Shown: piece after piece, positions 39,041 to 51,675 of the stretch | How the letters are laid out: every line of letters starts with the position of its first letter | Numbering within the stretch: the stretch's first letter is position 1 | NCBI GenBank assembly: GCA_050575255.1 | Contig: JBNZDD010013721.1 | Span: 9,699,372 to 9,763,371 of the forward strand | Length of the DNA stretch: 64,000 nucleotides | Direction: 5' to 3' | Source of the DNA: Harriotta raleighana | Taxonomy: Eukaryota | Translations under genes and position numbers: made by a program | The notes under the pieces: generated by a model | Seen by the model: the letters and a program-made list of their open reading frames with translations, nothing else | Told to the model about the DNA's origin: nothing | The model's database searches: none

Positions 39041-40861
39041 GCATATTTAAGAGCAGGTCACACTATACATATTATATAGCTTAATACCTCTGAAGTTTTG
39101 ATGATTTTTTTTACTTTGTTAAACTCATTGCATTCTCCCAACACGATGAAATTTACATCTCATTATTTTTAAATAGCAGTGTTGCTATGCTGTCAGGCTT
39201 CTAATGCCAGAGAGAAACATTGAGAATCTCCTTAATATTGGAAGCACTGTAGAGTTTTTGATACTTTAAGCACAATTGTATGAACAGGTATCTGCAAAGA
39301 TGGGACAATTGGCCACATACCTTTGTGCATCAATCTATCTATCGCTAGGGGAGGCTAAAATGAACTGGACTTAAACTGGTAAGTTGATAGCATTTCCTGA
39401 GGCCGACTACAATTGAAACCAAATGTTTCTATTCATTCTGAAAACATTATCGTTTAACCTTTCTTTAAATTGCCTCCTAAAAATAAACTCACTTTAAACA
39501 CCTATTAAACAACACGGCAGTGGACTTTCCGTTAGAAATTAATGATTATGGAATAAGGCAGTACATTAAGAAGCTTTGTTCTGCAAAAATCTTGTCAGGA
39601 GGGAGTCATTTCAGATTATACCCTTATAAATTCATTTAGAATATTTGACTGCGTTTCATAACTGGGATCGCACATTTTGCTTATACTATTGGTTAGTTGG
39701 AAGAAATTGTTCAATACAACTAACATTGTAGACATTTGTATAATAATAATAGTTGTAATGAGTGCATTCAGAATTGAAAGAAGGATGTGTATTTATGAAG
39801 CTTTTTCCTCGAGGATGCCGTGCTTAAGTAGCCATAAATGTTTCACAAGTTAGTGTTAAACTGTATAGAACAAGGTGTGTAGCATATCTGGAAGGTGCTT
39901 TGCAGATGTGTAGACAAAGAATGCTAATTCTCCTTGTATCTCTCTCATTCTGTCTTTATACTTGTACACATTCATTTTTTTGCTCCCCCTCCCACAACAA
40001 AAAATAACTATGCAATGTTAATGTGAGCATCCAAGGAGGAAACCAGTTATTAACCAACTATTTTTAAAAATATATCAGTTCAAAATTGAGATGTAATTCG
40101 TCTGTTTTGCAGATACAGAGTAAACCCCAAATCATCTTCTAAATGGGTTTCCTTTCATTTCTAAGATTGTTTCATTGCGCTACAGGTCACTGGTACAGAA
40201 TCAATCCTGATGTCTTCAATTTGTTTTGATTTTTCACGGACAATTCCTGATCGTTCAGGTTAGTTCATTCATTTCCTGAATTTTCAGGTTGGTTTCTTCC
40301 TTCCTATTTAATCTGCCATGCTTCAAAAAGTTCCCCACTTCCACAAGCACAGCAAAATTCTACACAACACACACAACAGACAATATTTGCTGAGCAAACT
40401 GTCGCCTACTTTTATTAAGGAAATGCTTGATGTTACTTTTAGAATTTCTGCGTTGACACACTAACATAAACTGTATACACACACGTATGGGTGTGCGTGC
40501 GAGTGTACGGAGGAACTCTCTCACAAAGATGTGTTGGGAGAAATAATTATAGATGGGAAAATAAGCAATATTGATAGACAAATGAATGCAAGTAGGTTTG
40601 AGAAGGCAGAGGATTCTGTCCAACAAACTATCAGATTACACCCTCAATAATTTCTGTTTAGTTGCTTCTGAGATATACTTCAGAACACTTTTCCATCAAT
40701 CACATATATTAAATAAAAGATTTTAATAATTGTCTGCATAATTAACTGGAGTCAGTCTAGGAAACTATTCCTGTATTTAAAAATGCCATGCCAGATTTGC
40801 GAGTGCCATTTTGACACTGGAGTCACAGGAACAGAAAGGACTTAAAACACTTGCCTATCGT

Positions 40862-41223
40862 AATACAGTAATATTCCTTGCATTTGATATAGAGCTTTAA
40901 TACATCTTTGTGACCTCTCAAAACGCTTTGTGGAATATACAAAGTGAATTGACTCTATATTTTGTAGGTGAAACGTTGCAGCCAATTGTGCACAGCGGAG
41001 TCCCACAAACAGTTGTGAATTTAGTGACTTATTTATTTTGGAAGGAATTATTACCCCCGAAAAACCTGTTCGACAATCGACTAACAACTGGTTTCCTACT
41101 TACTGCTAGGTAAACAGAAGCATGTGGAGTAAGGAAACTTGCCCCAATTTCATCCTGTCGGGAATCGAACCCTGATCTCTCGCTTGCGAGGCGAGTGCTC
41201 TAACCACTGAGCTACAGAACTTC
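40862..41223 (-). mobile_element. full-length tRNA-headed SINE, long variant
   Basis: Intact A/B boxes (GTAGCTCAGTGG; GGTTCGATTCC), body and tail, plus an extra 65 bp at 41054-41118. Confidence 0.93.
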
Positions 41224-41329
41224 ACTTTATAGGACTTTACAATCTATAGCGTAAAGCGAAGAGACGAGATGGGGGGAGGGGGGTGGGATTAAAAATACAC
41301 TTTACAAAGATTTTCCTTGCTCTCCCAAT

Positions 41330-41460
41330 GACTGCCTTGGTTGATAAAGGCCCTGCCTAGAGCAAAATTGAACCATAGAGAGACAATGGTCCTAGGTTCA
41401 ATCTGCAGTGTATTCTGAGATCACCCATCTTCGTCGGAGCAGAAGTTGGCATCTGTTCTT
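41330..41460 (+). mobile_element. old SINE-like repeat of a different family (unnamed)
   Basis: B-box-like GGTCCTAGGTTCAATC followed by CTGAGATCACCCATCTTC; resembles a remembered ancient shark repeat; probable minus-strand relative at 18290-18375. Confidence 0.35.
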
Positions 41461-42024
41461 GTGCATTAATGTGGGAGATGTCAACCTCAGTCTTCAAGCC
41501 TTGTCACCATCAAATGGCACCTATTGGAAAGTTCATAGCCCTCCAATACTCACTCAGTGTTTTGTCCTCATACATGTCAAACAGTGACTTGGAACTATAC
41601 TCGAGTATGAATCAGGGTCTTCAGAAGCGGAGAGGAGAAAATTGTGGGAAGAAACTGCGAATGCCAATGTTTTGACCTTACATTTTCCAATTAACTCGTG
41701 GAACATTCTTATTGAAGGCTTTAGAAAAAGAAATTGCTCAGAATGAAATTGTTCTCTCATCTGTTGCTTACTCCATCACTGATTGTGGTTTGACTGGTTT
41801 ACTATATGTTACTTTTTCAATGCAGTTCTGATGGATTTATGTTCTTTGTGCGTTTTATTGTAACTTAATACTGTGCACCCAAATCAATTTATTGTGATTT
41901 CTGCTTTTCTGCCAATTCGCTTCTCAGAATGTGACAATTGTTGTTCACAGACGCTTCAAAGACCATGATCAATGTTGACCTATATATGGTATATATATAA
42001 TACCTTATCACAACAAAATAACCA

Positions 42025-42092
42025 AGTGTTTCACTGTAATTGACATGTCCTCCTGACTTGAAAGGTGCTACACAAATGCAATTTTGTTGTTA
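42025..42092 (+). mobile_element. L2 3' tail
   Basis: TGTCCTCCTGACTTGAAAGGTGCTACACAAATGCAATTTTGTTGTT. Confidence 0.7.
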
Positions 42093-44701
42093 CGATTAAA
42101 TGTTGTATATAATATCAAGGTCCCACAAACAGCTGTGAGATATATAACTATTCGATCCATCACCAGGACATCGAGAGATACAACCTTTTCTTTTGTTTCT
42201 GTGCCATGAGATCTTTAATATTGACCTGGATCGGGAAGGAGAGAGTGAAAGTATTGACTGTTTTTACTTTACACCTTTCCTTCGCACAGGGGCAGTGAGG
42301 CAAATTGCGCTGCCCATCCTGCCCTGGGATAATACAAATCATTAAGCCGGTGGTTTCATTTTAGTAATGACAAAAAGGAATCTATTGGGAGGAGGTATTT
42401 TTGAACATTGCCATTTTCCTCCACAAAGAATATCTCCCACTGTGACCCTGTTCTTAGCCTATGTACTTAAGAGAAAAGCTTCAAATTCACAGGAGGTCGA
42501 GGTTAAGTGAAATTGTAGCTCTCTGCATTGTAAAACTAATTAACTCCGAAATGGAGGGTTGGTTTCTACAGCTAGTTATATCTCTTGTCAGTTTACCTGT
42601 TTCGTTACCTGTTCATTACCGGCTATTGTGACTATTTCAGCTCACAAAAGACACTTTCAATCGCATTGTTAACCCTGTTAAATGGGGTACAAATTTCCTA
42701 TCTGCAAAATGTGTTGTTGTGTTCCAAAATCCCCAAATCAGGTGACGTGAAGTCCAGCAGAGTCTTAAAGCTGAAATCCATGGATTTGATTTAGGAGAGC
42801 ATCTGGTGAATTGTGTTTTCAATGGCAACCTGTTGTTTGAGCAGAATTTTGAAAACATTTGAAATGCCAAACTTGTGATTTGCGCTCATTGTGTCATACT
42901 GTACAAAGTTTCCCAGGATGTAGCCCGGCAGAGAACAATTCAAACAAACACTTTAATCGTTGCTGTTAATCAATCAAAAGTTACCCATCCTCCACCAATA
43001 TGCTTTGTTTTCTTAAATTAGATGGGGGAAGGAGAAAGAATGGCTGGAGTTTTGAAGTACAGTATAGTACTTTATAAAGCTTAATACTGGAGTGGGATTT
43101 GACCTTAGCCAGTCTTGCTTGAGCTCGACTATAACACTGGAAAACAATCGGGCAGACTTGGAAGTATTTGGGGCTTCATGCTGAATGCAATTCTGTCGCT
43201 TGTCATTTCTGTCAAAAGTTATTCCAACCACCCCCAATGGCTATTCTGCTACATTTTTATTCTTTATGGGATTTCTTACTGTCCAATAAACCTTATGTGG
43301 GATGTTCTGTCATTAACAAACCAAGCAAAATTAATGGTATGGTTGACATCCAAAACATGTTTCCAACAGCAGATACAACTGGAGCTTGAACAAAGCTTCT
43401 GAAGGGAATTTTGTTCTTTTACGGAGCTTATTGGCAGCTTTGCTCAGAATTGGTCACCATGTTAATGATGGTGGGGCACAATTATAAACGAGCACAATGT
43501 TACTGATGACATTGCAGAAACAGGCAAATGTCCAATTTTGAGTCCCTGGCACCATATTTGCATTTAATTAATGGCTGAGCAGTGAATTTGCTATCACGTA
43601 TGAAAATGATGGCTTAAGTCAGCTAAGGCAGTGTACCCCTTTCCGTGCATATAATTTTTTTAAAAAATGTACTGTATACTGTATCTCTTTATTTGACATG
43701 GTGCCAATAGAGAACACAATTGGATTCTCTCTCCCTCTCTCTATCTCGATCACTGTTTGAATCAATTCAAATTGGATGAGATTTGGGAAAGAAATGATTC
43801 AAATGAAGCCACCTTACGGAACCTTCCCTCTGCAATGTGCACAAATGAATTCAAATTTGTGTAAAACTCAGCTAATTCAAAACCTGATTTGAATAGCTCA
43901 CTGTCTCAACACAGCTTTTGTGTAACAAACTAAACACAGAGGGCATGCTTATTGATTCTCCTTCACTGCAAATAATGGGAAAGTTGTTATTTGGCAGCAG
44001 ATTGTATATGATACAAGCTGAATGTACTGCGGGTGAATTCAAAATGACAGTGGCTACCAGAGAAATTGTTAAATTCTGCTTGCATCCAAAAATGCTCGTA
44101 GAAAATGATGTAAGATAATTGAACAGGTCAATAGTCATATGCTGTGCATTTTTATTGAGCCAGTGATCTTTTATGGAGCAGCGCTAATGTGAGAACTTCC
44201 CACCACATCTTGAGTAGGTTCTGATCAAAGAAAAAAGGGCATCCACTCTACTCGACTCACAACTTTAGATTTACGATAGAGACTTTGGCAGAAACACACA
44301 AGTGAAGGGGTTTGCTCAACAGACCGATATTTTCTGTCTCTGGAGTGGAACTGGCTTTTTGCATTTTTTGGGTTGTTGTGGCTTTGACCAAGTCAAAACT
44401 GAAGCATATTTGGCTGTTAAGACTCGAAGGTATGTTGCTTTGGCTCCCAAATTGTACCAGTAATATAAAAGTGAACCTGTGCTTAAATGACAGCGGAAAA
44501 AAAAATCCCGCAGGACGTTTGAATTTGCCACCGATGATTAAGAAGTCCCAAATCACAGTCTTCACAGATTTAATTGGTTGCAAAGTACAGGGTGCCCCCT
44601 CCAATAAAATGTACTCCAGTTTTGCATGGGTTTATTATAGACCTGTACTAGACCAGAAGTGTGGTGGATCGAGATTTGGGCGTTGACAATGGAGCCACCC
44701 G

Positions 44702-44772
44702 ATAACAACAACAACAAAATTACATTTAATGATCGCCCTTCACGTCATGTCGTGAGGATGTCCCAAGATGCT
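44702..44772 (-). mobile_element. L2 3' tail
   Basis: (CAA)n ...CGCCCTTCACGTC...GAGGATGTCCCAAGATGCTG. Confidence 0.7.
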
Positions 44773-47700
44773 GATTAAGAATTGTGATTTATCTTCAGAA
44801 ACAATTCCATCATATACTCCATACGATACCCAGAGATTATGCTAATAGAGTCATTTATTTTGAGTAGTCATCTTGAATCTCAACTTATTTAATAAACTAC
44901 CATTAATTTTTAGATGAAAGTGTTTGCCATCATCTACCATCATAAGACAACGTACATTAGCCACCATCTAGCTGTACATTAGTACATTGATCTAGCTCCC
45001 TAAGCTTATTTGTTTTAAAGAATGCCAGCAGCTACTAACGGAAGTTGTCTGGACAACAGTTGAGTTTTTCTGTGACTTCTAACATGAAGGGTTCTGACCC
45101 TTTGATTTAGCTCTGTGCCCCTGGAAACGTTAGCCTGTGTCCACGTTGGAAGTAAAGGCTCAAATACAGAAGGGCCCTTTTTTATTAATGAAAATTGTGA
45201 TTTGTTTTGCATCTGTGTAGATGTTTCAGTCGGAATTCTGAAAGTATCATCTGATTTGATTAGCCACTCAGTTCCTTGGCGATTAATGGATAGGATATCA
45301 AAGGCTTTTGAGATGCATTAAACAAAATATCAGTGATCAAAGTCATTCTGTTAACTACTTTTGTTCACGGACATGTAGCTGTGGCATTGGTTGATGATTA
45401 TGTTTATGTAAACTGAATAACCTTTGAGATGGCGAAAGTTATTCAGTTACATAAACATAATCATGAGGGATCGTCGGCTTTCGTCGGGATCTGCCGGCCT
45501 CGTTAAAAGTGCGCAGCCAGCCAGCCAAGGAATCATCGGATTTAGTCGGGAGCTGTCAGCAACTTCACACGTGGGAATGTGTGCGGGGGTCAGGAAACGC
45601 GTATACATAAGTTTTACGCACACTGCACAAAAAAGTGATGCTTTTGTTTCGTCGCGTACACTTCAATTCGCAATCGATAAAGTCGCGTTAGAAGAGGGTT
45701 AACTGTAATTTTGTAAAGTGCTTTTAGACGTCCGCCTGCTATCAAAAATGCAAGGATTATTAAGAATTTTTATCAGACACACTGTTTACGCCGATCACAT
45801 AAACCGTTCTGTATATGCCAGCTGAGCATTTGGCTTGAAATTGTTTGATAAAGTTGTTCATTGTACAGAATATTTGACTTTTAGCTATTTGAACCAATTT
45901 NTATGTTTACGCCGATCCCATAAACCGTTCTGTATATGCCAGCAATGAGCTGAGCATTTGGCTTGAAATTGTTTGATAAGTTGTTCATTGTACAGAATAT
46001 TTGACTTTTAGCTATTTGAACCAATTTATCTGGTAAAGTACAACAAGACTTTGACATGACATTTCGTGTGCGTGAGTGTGTGTTTATACGTATGTGTGCG
46101 TGCGTTTTCTGATAGCGGTTTTATTGTGTTTTTTTCTGATGGGGGGGGAAAAAAAAGTATTGTGCAACAATTTATTTGTTTTAAAATTCCACAGCAACAA
46201 ATTATGGTCAAATTTGCATTTTTTTTTTTTAAAAATCCGGAAAATAAATTGTATTCAACACTGCCAGAAATTACGATGCTTTCAAATATTGCAATTGCAT
46301 AATTCAGGTTCATCCCAGATGATTGCGCACATCGAAACATCATCCATATGCTCGGAGCCTTCTCAACGTTCCAAATATCATTAAGCTATTTATTCATTGT
46401 AATAAATGAATTTAATGTACTGCGTTCGACTACAGTGCTTTAGTGGTGCTTCTACATCCATCTTAGAACGTATACTTTAATGTTTGCAGGCAAATTAATA
46501 CCTTTATTACTGATCCACTGCTTGAGTGGACATTGTTCAGGCATTAATCATTCTTGTATGGATTGTCCACCGTATGCAGTGCTGCAATCCAATAACGTTT
46601 CATAAAGACATCATAACCTTGTGCTCCTGATACCCGTATATAAATAATACATTTACTCGTCACCTGAAGCTAATAACGTCTCTCATTCGAATCTCGTCAC
46701 ATTGACATGTGTTATAAGTCTGATATTGTAGAAGAAGCTGCAAGTGGTGAACATGATTCTGGTCTAAAAAAATTTTAATTACAGACTTCGACAACGTTTT
46801 TAAACACTTTCATTTCAGCGAGGCACACAAATTTATACAACTGAATGCTAGTGTTTTTACCAGAAGATCCAAGATGGTGGTTAATGTCCTTTTATTTAAG
46901 AAACTGATTCTGCGGAAACTTTGTTTCCGCCTCAGGTTCTCATCAATTTATATAAAAGGTTTTGCAATGATGACATTTCAAGTGCATCCTAATGCAGCAA
47001 TAATCTGTGATAATCCATGTAATATACAGTAGGTAGGATGAAGGCAACACCTATGATTCCTGGGGATAAATCGGAATATCATTACACATAATGCACTGGT
47101 TTTCCATATTTGACATAATGGTTCCTGGTGAGAGTAAATAAAATGACATAAAATAATTAAACTTAAATAAAAGTACATCATCTTATCAAATAGCTAAATT
47201 TGCAAGAGCTGCGAGCCTCAACGACTTGCCCATGTTTTGCTCACAAATTAAGACAAAATTCAGATCAAACATTCAGTTTGCACGATGAGGAAGAGAAACA
47301 CTCGAGATGAACAGCCTGGGTGAAAGACATATTGATACATTCTACCCACCAAGGAGTATGGTTGAAGCTGGTGAAATCTGCATGAGAGGCTGCAGCACCA
47401 ATAGAGAGCAACACTGCATGTTGGCACGATTAAAATTCTTTCAACACAAGTCCAAATCTAAGTTCACATAACTTGACATTTAAACTCACTAAGTGACAAG
47501 TTAGTTAAGTATGCACTGACTGTTGCTCTACCTGCTTAGAATATGTAACCTTAATCTAGAGCAGTGGGACATTCCAGATGGTGCCCGCGTGCTGTGATCA
47601 AATTAATTTCATCTAAGATATGAGGGGATATTAAAGCAGCCTAGACCATGCAGTTTAATAATTTCTGCTACACCAGATGATATCTTTGTTGGATTAATAA

Positions 47701-48063
47701 GGAATTAAAATAGACTTTCTCAATAAGGTTGGAGCGATCGGGGGTGTGTTGACTGGCATGAACAGCATCTAAAAATGCCTTGCCTAAACTCTGTCATTCT
47801 TTCATTTCATGTACTAATACATTGAATTGCTAAGTGGGGAGGCCACCCTTGATGCACCACAAAGTGGTTTTCAAGCGGAGATGTCTTTCTTTTAAATTGA
47901 GAGACACAGAGTGGTGGAATGGGACGTAATGAAAAAGCTAGCCCTGACTCAAAAGCAGATAAAAGCTCGCTAATATCCATATTAGTAATAATGGTGACGT
48001 CTGCTTCTCACACGTGAGAAGGGGTTTCATATGGTCATTGTTACCTGTCAATTGATGGTTAGT

Positions 48064-48391
48064 GGAGCTCCTGTGGCTCAGTGGTTAGAGCACTCGCCTT
48101 ACAAGCATGAGACCTGTGTTCGAATCCAGGCAGATCAGGGCGAAACCTTGGGCAAGTTTCCTTACTCCACACGCCTAATAATAATCCCTCCAGAAAAACC
48201 ACAATAATAAAATTGGTCATTTCAATCCATGTCTGTTTGTGGGAGACGCTGCTGTACACAATTGGCTGCCGCGTTCTGCCCACAAGTATATACAGTCAAT
48301 TCACTTTACAGTATATTCTGTGAAGCGCTTTGGGACGTCGACAAGATGTGAAAAAGCGCTACATCAAATGCAAGGATTATTATTATTATTA
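48064..48391 (+). mobile_element. full-length tRNA-headed SINE (SINE2-1_CM-like)
   Basis: A box TGGCTCAGTGG, B box GTTCGAATCC, central TTGGGCAAGTTTCCTTACTCCACACGCC, Deu-like 3' region (TGTTTGTGGGA...AATTGGCTGCCGCGTT), L2-type stem-loop and (TAT)n tail. Confidence 0.96.
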
Positions 48392-48596
48392 TGACAGGAC
48401 ATCCCAAACGCTGTTTCCTTCTAATAAAAAGTGATTGTGCATTTAAGTTAATGTTGATTCCTTTTTTACTTCTTCATTGCAGATACTGTATATAGGAACA
48501 ATTGATGGTTAGTTGTGGTACCTGAGAAATACATTTAGGTTGACTAGCTCAGTTGACAGGTAATGCTGCCGCAAGTGCTGTGGTCACATTGAGTTG

Positions 48597-48795
48597 AACG
48601 ACCTTGCTCCTCCCTACCTCCATGATCTCCTAACTCCCCTAAAAACCTGTCCGCTCTCTCCGCCCAGCAGGCTGCAGCCTGCTTCACATCTCCCACCTTG
48701 CCCGCCTCATCATTGGAGAGTGGGCTTTCAGCCACTCTGCCCCTACCCTCTGGAATTCCATTCCCCAGTCCCCCCACCTTGCTTCCTTCAAGACC
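48597..48795 (+). mobile_element. L2 ORF2 C-terminal fragment
   Basis: DLAPPYLHDLL.../..GEWAFSHSAPTLWNSIP across a frameshift, typical L2 terminal motifs. Confidence 0.85.
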
Positions 48796-49366
48796 CGTCT
48801 GATTATGGACAAGGATTCACCCCCCCCACCAAACCCTCAATTTTCTATGACCTGGCAAAATGTTTTGTTTTGGAAAAAATCTCACCTTTACCCTTTTAGA
48901 AAAAATATCATCGCTGATTTTAAGGACATTTTCTTCTGCTATTAAGTCTGACATTTTCAAAGACACCAAGGTGTTGCTCATCATACTCACCAGCTCCTTG
49001 GTATTTTGTATTCATTTCCAAAACAGAAAGCATTTACACCCCACGGTTCTTGTGAAATGTCAAGTGCATTAGTCCTTTGCTTATTCAATTTCTGTTCTAC
49101 TAGGGTGTCTGTATTAACTGATAAGTAGTCAACTATGAAAACGTATTCCAAGAACCAGATCTACAGGTGAATGCTATGGAGAGTGCGTAGAAGTCATTGG
49201 AAATGCGAAATATTCTTAAGTTAATGAGAAATGTTGGCACTTGATCAACCATTACCACCAAGTATGCCTGAGCAACATCTGTGCTGGAGGTATACGAAAG
49301 AGCCATCTATAGTGGAGAATGCAGTTCAATATGGCAATACAGTTTGAAACACTGAATGACCTGATG

Positions 49367-49733
49367 GGAGTCCTACAGATAGGACAGGCAGCTCAGGGCG
49401 AAACCTTGGGCAAGATTCCTTACTCCACATGCTGAATAATAATCCCTCAAAAAACAATAATAATGTGAAGCACTATACTTTACCAAACTTTACAATGCCA
49501 AGTACTCTGAGATGCCACCTGGCATGGAGTTCACTGTATAAATCCACGTTTCAATAAAATTGGTCATTTTCGATCCACGACAGTTTGTGGGACACTGTTG
49601 TGCGCAAATGGCTGCCATGTTACGCCCACAAATATACAGTCAACCCACTTCACAGTATATTCTGTGAATCGCTTTGAGACGTCTAGAAGACGTGAAAAGC
49701 GCTATAAAAAAATGCAAATATTATTATTATTAT
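49367..49733 (+). mobile_element. tRNA-SINE with deleted head and 88-bp internal insert
   Basis: CAGGGCGAAACCTTGGGCAAG...ATAATCCCTC, insert at 49465-49552, then body and tail colinear with 48205-48391. Confidence 0.9.
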
Positions 49734-51261
49734 CGTGTATGTTTCAACCAAATGTTTGGTTTCTCACCNAAAAATGCAAGTATTATTATTATTATCGTGT
49801 ATGTTTCAACCAAATGTTTGGTTTCTCACCAGTGCCCCCAAATTATTCCTGTGCTGACCAGTTCACAGCTCGAATGAAGGTATAAAAGAAAAATCAATTT
49901 TGCGTGTCTCACGAAATTCAGCAAAACATTTTTTTTTGGGGTGAGCCGGGGGTGTCTGGCCCATGTGGGAGGATAAAAGATGTATTGAATTGTTATGGAA
50001 GAGAAATGGGCGGATAATAATTACTAAGTACTTATTTCGGAGTTGAGAGAGTGTAATCCATTGTGTGATATTTGAGAGAGAATGAAGGACATAATAGTTG
50101 GCAACTTTTTTTATACCCACTTGAGATAGTAGACTAAAAATAAAAGTAAATCATTAAAAATCAGGCTTAGCAACACTTACTTTCAAACAAATCATTGTGT
50201 ATTGAAATCAAATGTGGTGGGGATTTAATTCTGAACTGCCTGAAAGAAAAACGCATCCTTGAAAAGGTGACGAAGCTGGTGGTGAGATTAACAACGATAC
50301 ATTTTTCGTGATGCTTTTTTAAAACACAAAAATTGCCTCTCCACAGATTTGGTCTGATGGATATATCATTTGAAATTGAAAAATTGCACAGGGAATTCCT
50401 TGTAACATGCCAATCTACACCTTTGTTTTTTTACTTGTAATGTTCAGAATCTTTTATTTGGTTTGTACCTCCATGTGTGTTGTGTCTTTCTGATCACTCC
50501 ATTGATTTTAAGCAATTGAGAAAGATTGAGCATTCTATGCTACTTTTTTTTTTGTACTTTGGCACCAGACCAGAATTTGACCAGTGATTTTCTTAAAATA
50601 GCTGCTTTCTTAGTGCATAATTTTGATTTTGCTGTCGAATCAAATTTCATTCACGTCGCTTTGGACGAGAATGATTCGGCAATCAAAATGATCAGGAAGG
50701 CGAGTTGGAAAACCTACAACGTGGAAAGTGACAGGAAAAGGCACAGTCAATCAAATGGTGCATTTACTCAGCAGGAAGCAAGCTATTAGTTGATTGGAAC
50801 AAAACACTATAATACTGTATACATAATTATTCACCTTAGTTCCACTGTGGTCCCAATTCTGCAGTGTTGACGGCAGATGTTTTTTCTAAATTATGTCATT
50901 TCCATGTCAAAAGACAGAAAATGTAATAATTAATAATTTTTTTTGTGTTTGTTTCCTTGATGGAACTCATCTTTCATCTTCCTCCAATTCAACAGTGACA
51001 AAACCTGGTGTATTTGTCGTGCCTCGGGATATTTGAAAGTTAATCTCCTTAAAGAAAAGGGTTATCCCGAACAGGCAATTCCAATTTAGCTAAAGTGTTT
51101 GAAGGTATTATCTCATTTGCCAAACTCTCAGCACAATGTTTGGGTGTGTCATGATGATGCCAAAAAAAAAAAATACTTCTATCACTTGGCANTGTCATGA
51201 TGATGCCAAAAAATATATATACTTCTATCACTTGGCATTCATAGTAATGCGACAAAAATTG

Positions 51262-51675
51262 TCAGGCTGCCTCGGTGAGTAAAATTGTACCTTTGAGTCA
51301 GAAGGTTGTGAGTTCAAGCTCCCAAGTGGAAATTTTGGATGATGATGTCTAGACTCCTGCTCCAGTGAGGTGCTGGGAAATCAATGCATTGTCTGAGATC
51401 CTTTGGATGAGATGTTAAACCGAGGTCCAACCTGCCTGTTCAATGGACATGAAAGATCCCACGTCACTATTTGACTAGAGGAGAGTTTCTCCTGATGGAG
51501 TAAAAATTGGTCATTTCCTTCATGGGTATTTATGCACAAATTGGCTGCTGCATTCACTGACAAAATCCTCCGCCACAGAATTTAACAACAAATCCCATAA
51601 AGTGCTTTGAGCTGTCCTCTTGATATGAAAGGCATTCTGTCAAATGAAAAGGTTGTTATTTTTATTAGTATTATT
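51262..51675 (+). mobile_element. near full-length old DeuSINE (SacSINE1-like)
   Basis: tRNA-like head GAGTCAGAAGGTTGTGAGTTCAAG, Deu core GGATGAGATGTTAAACCGAGG...AAAGATCCC...CACTATTTG, GCACAAATTGGCTGC and L2-type tail. Confidence 0.85.

Noticed and set aside
48064-48135. tRNA gene (apparent TAC anticodon; CGC in the 41223 copy)
   Set aside because: It is a SINE head: no proper acceptor stem, the anticodon varies between copies, and it continues into the SINE body
48483-48507. 25-nt microexon ILYIGTID(G), superficially semaphorin/WD40-like
   Set aside because: Not frame-preserving, too short for homology, and its donor is part of the 15-bp duplication
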